A stretch of DNA of 5,079 bases from positions 1-5,079 of the forward strand of contig JADGIF010000695.1 of NCBI GenBank assembly GCA_018985225.1, given 5' to 3'. A program made the position numbers and the translations under genes. Positions 1 to 5,079 of the stretch are shown here, in pieces (within the stretch, counting starts at the first letter, position 1; every line of letters begins with the position of its first letter). The notes below the pieces were generated by a model. That model had not been told where the DNA came from. It was given only the letters and a program-made list of their open reading frames with translations, and made no database searches. The stretch is from Amoeboradix gromovi X-113 (lineage: Eukaryota; Fungi; Sanchytriomycota).

Positions 1-1
1 A

Positions 2-98
2 TTGGTATGATAGAAGATCTTTTATTAATGATAGCATTTCCTCTGTATGGTGCACCTTTAAAAACGAGTTAGTCTAGTTTTTATATTTGGTGTCCCAT
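2..98. repeat. Left copy of a long inverted repeat (partner at 4772..4869); probably continues beyond the window start
   Basis: Manual alignment: 12..98 matches the reverse complement of 4772..4856 with 1 mismatch and 2 single-base indels (84/87 identical). TTGGTAT at 2..8 also matches 4869..4863 after a 3-nt gap. Confidence 0.97.
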
Positions 99-290
99 TT
101 AACTTGTATGAACATCGGATTAAGTGTGATCATGAAGCAGCAGTACCCATTGATCTCTACTATCGTCTCTTTGTGGGTCTTAGAAATGGGTCCTTTAATT
201 ACGCTATTAAATTTGGTTAGGGCGTTGCTTTTTTCTACTCTTTAGAAAATGGAGCAAAAACAAATTTGAACAAAAACAAGGCTATTTTGA

Positions 291-1283
291 CTAACTTTTA
301 TTTAAGAAGTTGCTCAAATCTCCAGTACCTTGGAGTAATACTAGTTTCGATTTGCTATCTAGTTCTGAGGCTATAAGCTCGTTATTGAGAATCAATCTTA
401 TTTCCAATAATAAATCAGGGTCACTAGATGCTATGTATTCAACAACATGCTTTGTTCCAATTTGTATTAAATTAGAGTACATTTGGTTATAGCTAATGTA
501 GTTGAACTTAAATATCTTCTCATATAAAATTGATTCCTTTAAAAGAAATGACTTAATTAATTGAATGAAGCTGGTAACACACCCAACTGGAGATTCCTGG
601 TCAAATGAAGTGTTAATGAAAAAGTTTCTGATGGATTGATTTCTATGTTGAGAAAATGCTTCTATACAATCTTCTAAAATCTGCCTAAACTCTACATCAC
701 TTTGTTTGTCAGACAACGGAGTCGTGTAAAGCTTTAGTTGGTTGATAAATGAGTCAAAATTAGATTGTGCGCTGGCAATTCCCCTGATTTCAAATGGCAC
801 CTTGTCTAACACATCATTAAAAGCATGTGAATACAAAGATAGAGCTTTGGTGATAACAATACGAGCAGTAGGTAGATATTCTATAGAGAGTTTATAGTCT
901 GGGTGCTGCAGCAAATATTCATAACACTGGTCAACCTCCTTGTACATTTTGTCAAAATTAAGATTTACAGCTTGTTCAACAGGAATACCGGAACGCAAAA
1001 TGACAATGAGTTCATCTATCACATCAAACCAGTTTAGCACGTTATTTAGTTCGATAAAAGTGTGCTGATGCAGCAAATATTTTTCTTTCAATGATTTTGA
1101 GGCATCTTCTAGAGAATTCAAATGTCCTTGAACTGTTAGCAATTGAGACTTGGCTTCCTCAACACTAGACTTGATTAGAAGTAATTTGTCTTCAAAGCTA
1201 TATTGAATTTCTGAATAATCTTCATCTACTGTTGGCTGTTGTAATTTCAAAATAAATTCTTGTTCTTCATCTGTGAGTCCCAT
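291..1283 (-). CDS. COG3: Conserved oligomeric Golgi complex subunit 3 (COG3/Sec34)-like protein, 330 aa, lacking the canonical C-terminal region
   Basis: Recognised motifs: N-terminal GLTDEEQEFILKL (cf. PLTDxQxxSVLEL), a coiled coil, then FDKMYKEVDQCYEYLLQHPDYKLSIEYLPTARIVITKALSL (Sec34-domain signature LDxCIxYxxxHPxFKDxxxYL...LxKAL), ILEDCIEAFSQHR, KESILYEKIF and DLLLEIRLILNNEL. An in-frame stop at 1293..1295 fixes the ATG. Confidence 0.85.
   Translation of the reverse strand: MGLTDEEQEFILKLQQPTVDEDYSEIQYSFEDKLLLIKSSVEEAKSQLLTVQGHLNSLEDASKSLKEKYLLHQHTFIELNNVLNWFDVIDELIVILRSGIPVEQAVNLNFDKMYKEVDQCYEYLLQHPDYKLSIEYLPTARIVITKALSLYSHAFNDVLDKVPFEIRGIASAQSNFDSFINQLKLYTTPLSDKQSDVEFRQILEDCIEAFSQHRNQSIRNFFINTSFDQESPVGCVTSFIQLIKSFLLKESILYEKIFKFNYISYNQMYSNLIQIGTKHVVEYIASSDPDLLLEIRLILNNELIASELDSKSKLVLLQGTGDLSNFLNKS
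297..302 (-). terminator. Putative polyadenylation signal AATAAA inside the last codons of COG3
   Basis: Minus-strand AATAAA lies 3 nt before the TAG stop. It is followed by a U/GU-rich tract (TTGTTTTTG twice, at 271..279 and 255..263) resembling a downstream element. Confidence 0.5.
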
Positions 1284-1297
1284 AACAAGGAGTTAAA
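1284..1297. promoter_or_regulatory. 14-bp head-to-head spacer between the COG3 and MED1 start codons (bidirectional promoter region)
   Basis: CAT at 1281..1283 and ATG at 1298..1300 are separated by AACAAGGAGTTAAA. Both ATGs have an in-frame stop just upstream. Confidence 0.6.
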
Positions 1298-2422
1298 ATG
1301 CTGGGTAAATTGCATTTGGAAGCTGTTCATGATCCATCGAAAAGATACGAAAATTGCCAAATTCTTACCAATGCAATTTATAAATTATCAAAGCAACCAA
1401 AAGATGCAGCATTTGAATCTTTTTGGGCAAAATGCAAAGTTAGCTCTTCTACGATTAATACTGAATTACTGATTCAACAAAACTGTTATAAACTAATGAA
1501 TTTGGAATATGAAATCCAACTCAAGGATCCCGAGCAAATCAAACAATTTTTACAGTTGGTTGCAGAGTACAATAAAATGCATTTTTATGATTACGAGGAA
1601 CAGTACCTTATATCAAGTGAGATTATAGTTATTGAAGTCTCTCATGTAACTAACAATGTGGCTTTGCAGTTCACAAATAACTTAGATTTCAGTACCAAGT
1701 TAAACGACGCAATGTCTTTTCTCTTAAGCGAACACCCTGCGGTGTTCAATAAAGCTGTTGAATACCTCTGCTTTTTAGAATTGAACAATCAAATAGAGTC
1801 CTGGTTTTCTTTTCTTAATTCTTGGGGATTAAGTGATGTTTTTGTTCATTGGATTGGCCCTAGTTTTGAGTTGGGACTTACTCACTTTGCTTATCTTACA
1901 AAACAAGACTCCATCGCTCTTCATTTTAACAAGCAACTTGCAGTACCTCAGGATGTGGTTGATTTGTTGAGCAAAACATTACTTTCAGAAACTTCGACTG
2001 AAATCACTTTTTCTGAGCAAAACATGAGTGATTTGATATGGCATTATCTTTCTTGCAATATTCATAATGTCTCAGACATGCCCATAATCAGCAAATTGAA
2101 CTATTCTATGCTTTGTGGTATTTTGGAATCATCAACAACTCCAGATCTAATTTACAAGTTTACTCTTAAACGGGCAGAACAGGCGCAGTTTGTAGTAGCT
2201 TCATTGAACATGTTTGTACTGTTTAAGGAGTTTTGCTCTTTATTGTTCCAGGGTGCATATTTGGGCGAATCTAGTTCTTCCACTTTAGATATTAGCTCAC
2301 CTGGAATATTGATTACAAGTGGTGCCAACAAATATATTGTAGAATTTGGAGATGCTATTTATGTTAACAGTAAGAAATGCTCTAGTATTGAACAGGTTCA
2401 AGTAGAATTAAACTTTAAATAA
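1298..2422 (+). CDS. MED1: Probable Mediator of RNA polymerase II transcription subunit 1 (MED1 core domain only), 374 aa, highly divergent
   Basis: Long uninterrupted ORF with AAAATG context. Colinear similarity to the Med1 core as recalled: LQLVAEYNKMHFY..YLISSEIIVIEV (cf. LESIARQNGLGSH..CYITSDMFYVEV), AMSFLLSEHPAVFNKAVEYLCFL (cf. ELVQQLREKNFDEFSKHLKGLVNL), a HWIGPSF motif, and VVASLNMFVLFKEFCSLLF followed by a beta-rich tail. The gene is clearly real; the family call is an inference. Confidence 0.6.
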   Translation: MLGKLHLEAVHDPSKRYENCQILTNAIYKLSKQPKDAAFESFWAKCKVSSSTINTELLIQQNCYKLMNLEYEIQLKDPEQIKQFLQLVAEYNKMHFYDYEEQYLISSEIIVIEVSHVTNNVALQFTNNLDFSTKLNDAMSFLLSEHPAVFNKAVEYLCFLELNNQIESWFSFLNSWGLSDVFVHWIGPSFELGLTHFAYLTKQDSIALHFNKQLAVPQDVVDLLSKTLLSETSTEITFSEQNMSDLIWHYLSCNIHNVSDMPIISKLNYSMLCGILESSTTPDLIYKFTLKRAEQAQFVVASLNMFVLFKEFCSLLFQGAYLGESSSSTLDISSPGILITSGANKYIVEFGDAIYVNSKKCSSIEQVQVELNFK

Positions 2423-2433
2423 TAAATTTATTA
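2420..2433. terminator. Perfect 14-bp palindrome TAATAAATTTATTA: back-to-back AATAAA signals overlapping the MED1 stop codon
   Basis: TAA stop at 2420..2422, AATAAA on + at 2421..2426 and AATAAA on - at 2432..2427. Confidence 0.55.
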
Positions 2434-2842
2434 AACCTACGTACGCTCATTAAGTCCAGATTTCTGAGAAAATCAAAAATTTCTACAGAGATACTGAAAA
2501 ATACAATCGCTCCGTTACAGTGGTTGCTCGTGCTTTCAATACCTGAGGCGGGATTAAATAAGGATGCATATATTCCTTGCTGCGACTCTTGTATTTCCTT
2601 TAAACGGTGCAAATATGTAATTGTTGGTGTCGAGAAATATACAACAGTTCCGTTCTTAGAGTAGTTTTTAGTAGAATAATGCACTTGCTTCACCTAATGA
2701 TCTTTTTATCTTCAGCATCTTCTGGTTGACCTGACTCTGAGACAATTTTTACAGTTAAAAATACGTCTTGCTTTCATTCAATTGAAAAACTCTAGAAAAT
2801 GGTGTATTGAAGCGATAAAATTAATGCAATCATGATAAATCT

Positions 2843-2848
2843 TTTATT
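2843..2848 (-). terminator. Putative polyadenylation signal of TXNL1
   Basis: Minus-strand AATAAA 13 nt after the spliced stop codon at 2862..2864. Confidence 0.6.
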
Positions 2849-2861
2849 CAGTGACAATTTT

Positions 2862-3723
2862 CTACTGCTGATTAGCAGCCGCAATGCTAGCTATATCCAT
2901 GCCATCTTGAGGAATACCAAACAAGTCTAAATCATCAATTACGGTAACTTCTCCACCACCAATGTTGGTCTCTACAAAAATCTAGATTAGAATGAATTAC
3001 ATTTAATTTAGGAACTCGTTGAAAAAGTACGTATTTAAGCTCGATTATAGAACGATACAGTGAACCGTCTTGCTTATAATCCTCTTTCGATAACTGCACT
3101 TCTTGAACAGCTGTAGTTGAGTCAATATCTGAAAATATTAAAGTTTGATTAATGTAAAATTTTAATGACTGAGGAGCTTTTTGAACATCTTTAACACTTA
3201 TTTCTAACGAATGAAGTTTCGTGATACAGTTGAAAGGAATAGAAAGTATCATTTGTTCATCAGTATCGCTAGTAATGACGTCTTTGCCTTGGAGCAACAG
3301 GGATACGCAACCGGCAACAGTATTTAATCCTTCAGCTTGATTCTTAATAATATGCGACTTGAGTGATATATATCCTTGAGGAGCTCTTGTAGGTACGGTA
3401 GATGTTTGATTTGAGTCCAGCAACTTATTTACTAATTGTTCAATAGCAGGCAAATTAGCACCAGATACTCTACCCACAACTGTATTTTTGTTGAAGGCAA
3501 TAAAAGTAGGGATTGAGGCAATCTGAAATTGTTGACTGACTTCTTTAAGTGCATCGGTGTTGACTTTAATAAATTTGACATTTGGATACTTAGAAGCCAA
3601 GACATCAACTTGCGGAGCAATTGCTTTGCATGGACCACACCAGTCTGCGTAGAAATCCACTATTACTGGACCAGCACTAATGTAACTTTGAAATTCTTCC
3701 TTTGAGCGAACCTGGGAAACCAT
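2862..3723 (-). CDS. TXNL1: Thioredoxin-like protein 1 (thioredoxin + PITH domain; proteasome-associated), join(3723..3001, 2981..2862), 280 aa
   Basis: N-terminal thioredoxin fold with VIVDFYADWCGPCK (WCGPC at 3628..3642) and the cis-Pro motif SIPTF. PITH motifs EGLN, SDTDEQMILSIPF, KLHSL, APQSLKFYIN and LKYVLFQRV. Removing the 19-nt intron yields IFVETNIGGGEVTVIDDLDLFGIP..., matching the PITH C-terminal consensus IFVxxNxGxxExTxIxxxxxxGxP. Confidence 0.95.
2982..3000 (-). other. 19-nt spliceosomal GT-AG intron (GTAATTCATTCTAATCTAG), phase 0
   Basis: GTAAT donor, CTAAT branch-like motif and CTAG acceptor. Excision restores the conserved PITH C-terminus with the expected spacing (FQRVPKLN|IFV); retention gives a frameshifted, non-homologous tail. 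Confidence 0.92.
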
Positions 3724-4771
3724 ATTTACGATTGAAGGGGAAATAAATGAGAAAGAATTTGCGAATATGGCCCCACTTATGACCTGGAAGCACTTCCTTG
3801 GGTCACTTTACAGTGTAAATTGAAACCGTTTTTGTTATGGGTGCGATTATGCTTAAACAAAAGAAAAAAATTATCATACTTGCATGACCGAGAGCTATAT
3901 TTCTTTTACACTTTTTGTGCTTTTGAATACAGCAGAAAATTAACATCATTATCCTAAACGAGCTGCAGTGGGAGAGATTATTGTACCTAGGTTATAAACC
4001 GATGACTTGTAGAAAAGTTGCTGCAGCGTTATGTAATAAAGCCATCCCTAATAAGGTAACACATATGGCAGCCATCTAAGCATATTTTTTCGTGGGTTCC
4101 TATATCTAAGGTCTTCATGATCACAATTGCAGCATTTAGATCTTCTCGCAGTTGATGGTTTGTAGTAAAATAATGGTAAATACGACTAATTTTATGATTA
4201 TGGTTTCTCGACACTTGGTTCACATTTGTGCAGAAGCCTTAACTTGAATTTACAGTGTCTAAGGGACTGTATCTTCTCTTTTGGTTTCTATTTAACTTCT
4301 TACCATTCCTTGTGTTGTAAATTTCTTACAATAAGATCACCGAACACTTATGCAAAGATTTATCACTGTCTTTGCGGAGTTAGATTCCAGCGCCTTTTAA
4401 AACCCATGCATGCTGAATCTCGAAATTTGCAGGGATGTTGCTGAGCCATGGATGATCTTGAGCCCAAATGGAAATTATAAACACTAGCAATTTACGTAGA
4501 AGATGCTTTGCCCACTAATTTAAATGATTCCTTGAGTAATAAACGCATTTGTTTTACACACATCTATAAGCGCCAAAACAACACTGCCTCAATTTTCTTT
4601 GTTCTGTATTAGAACACAATTCCACGCTCTCGCTACATTTCACCACAGTCTTTCTGGATTACAGCAAATTGGATATACTTAAGATTCTTTTTATTTTGAA
4701 TATTGCTTGTAGGTTATATTCCTCCAATTCTTATTATTCAATATCTGAAATTGGTTATTATTACAATATCT

Positions 4772-4869
4772 ATGGGACACCAAATAAAAAACTAGACTAA
4801 CTCGTTTTTAAGGTGCACCATACGGAGGAAATGCTATCATTAATAAAAGATCTTCTTCTGTTATACCAA
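4772..4869. repeat. Right copy of the long inverted repeat (partner at 2..98); putative DNA-transposon terminus starting AT|GGGACACC
   Basis: Reverse complement of 2..98 (about 97% identical over the 85-87 bp core). Similarity stops abruptly at ATGGG on the inner side. Confidence 0.95.
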
Positions 4870-4960
4870 GATTCTCTCATTACTTTCAATCCGCTCTTCA
4901 AAATAAAACTAGATATGAGGTCTTTGAGCATCTAAGCAAAAGGTGCATTTTCTTAGACGG

Positions 4961-5015
4961 TACTCTTATCTAGAGTCATTTTGTAATGTTATACTAACAT
5001 CATTACTCTTATCTA
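4961..5015 (+). repeat. 12-bp perfect direct repeat TACTCTTATCTA (4961..4972 and 5004..5015) flanking a spaced palindrome ATGTTA-TAC-TAACAT (4986..5000)
   Basis: Read directly from the sequence. Confidence 0.8.
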
Positions 5016-5079
5016 TTCTAGTTTTTACAGAGTAATAGTGATATTTTATTTGAAATAAAGATTGGATGAAAGACTAAGA

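Noticed and set aside
282-295. Possible 14-nt intron GTTAGTCAAAATAG removing the COG3 stop
   Set aside because: Shorter than well-established introns, and splicing adds only about 15 residues with no COG3 similarity.
310-492. 60-aa + ORF
   Set aside because: Antisense shadow of COG3 with a non-ATG start.
1287-1292. Shine-Dalgarno-like AAGGAG 5 nt before the MED1 ATG
   Set aside because: The genes are eukaryote-specific and one has a spliceosomal intron; the motif is not seen before the other starts.
1260-1472. 70-aa + ORF
   Set aside because: Non-ATG start, overlaps both COG3 and MED1, no recognisable features.
1646-1669. In-frame 24-nt GT..CTAAC..CAG intron-like stretch in MED1
   Set aside because: The branch-like motif is adjacent to the donor, and the encoded VTNNVALQ fits an expected Med1 beta-strand.
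2935-3000. ORF-track C-terminus of the thioredoxin gene (VIHSNLDFCRDQHWWWRSYRN)
   Set aside because: Artefact of reading through the 19-nt intron; the spliced frame gives the conserved PITH ending.
3432-3638. 68-aa - ORF
   Set aside because: Alternative frame inside the thioredoxin domain with a GTG start.
3749-3774. U6 snRNA-like string GAGAAAGAATTTGC...ATGGCCCC
   Set aside because: Lacks the invariant ACAGAGA box and the AGC triad/ISL, and has no matching 3' region.
4029-4223. 64-aa - ORF containing REDLNAAIVI, reminiscent of the TnpB/Fanzor RuvC-III motif DRDxNAAxNI
   Set aside because: Two conserved positions differ, no upstream CxxC zinc finger or other RuvC motifs were seen, and the start is GTG.
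4226-4444. 72-aa Cys-rich + ORF
   Set aside because: TTG start, no recognisable Cys spacing, composition typical of non-coding AT-rich DNA.
4643-4675. Minus-strand peptide YPICCNPERLW resembling the Tc1/IS630 motif SPDLNPIExLW
   Set aside because: Weak match flanked by stops; no other DDE motifs nearby.
4983-5021. Intron-like GTAATG..TACTAAC..TTCTAG (39 nt)
   Set aside because: No convincing flanking exons; the TACTAAC is part of a palindrome within repeat-like DNA.
1-5079. Stop-codon reassignment, CRISPR array, tRNA or rRNA
   Set aside because: The three long genes have no internal stops and end in TAG/TAA; no regularly spaced repeat-spacer units, cloverleaf or rRNA motifs were seen.

Overview
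AT-rich, very compact eukaryotic nuclear DNA, not prokaryotic. It uses the standard genetic code, has a GT-AG intron and has AATAAA signals next to the stop codons. An early-diverging fungus or another reduced microbial eukaryote is plausible but cannot be proven from sequence. There are three housekeeping genes. (1) A short COG3/Sec34-like Golgi tethering subunit (291..1283, -). (2) A divergent Mediator MED1-like gene (1298..2422, +), whose ATG is only 14 bp from the COG3 ATG. (3) A thioredoxin+PITH gene, TXNL1/Txl1 (join 3723..3001, 2981..2862, -), whose correct C-terminus requires splicing an ultra-short 19-nt intron that the ORF track missed. The gene block is bracketed by a near-identical ~85-97 bp inverted repeat (2..98 vs 4772..4869). 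The repeat has a sharp inner AT|GGG boundary, an internal hairpin and reiterated sub-terminal motifs, suggesting an undescribed DNA-transposon family, a cargo-carrying element or inverted chromosome ends. All protein assignments are by recalled motif similarity; no searches were run.
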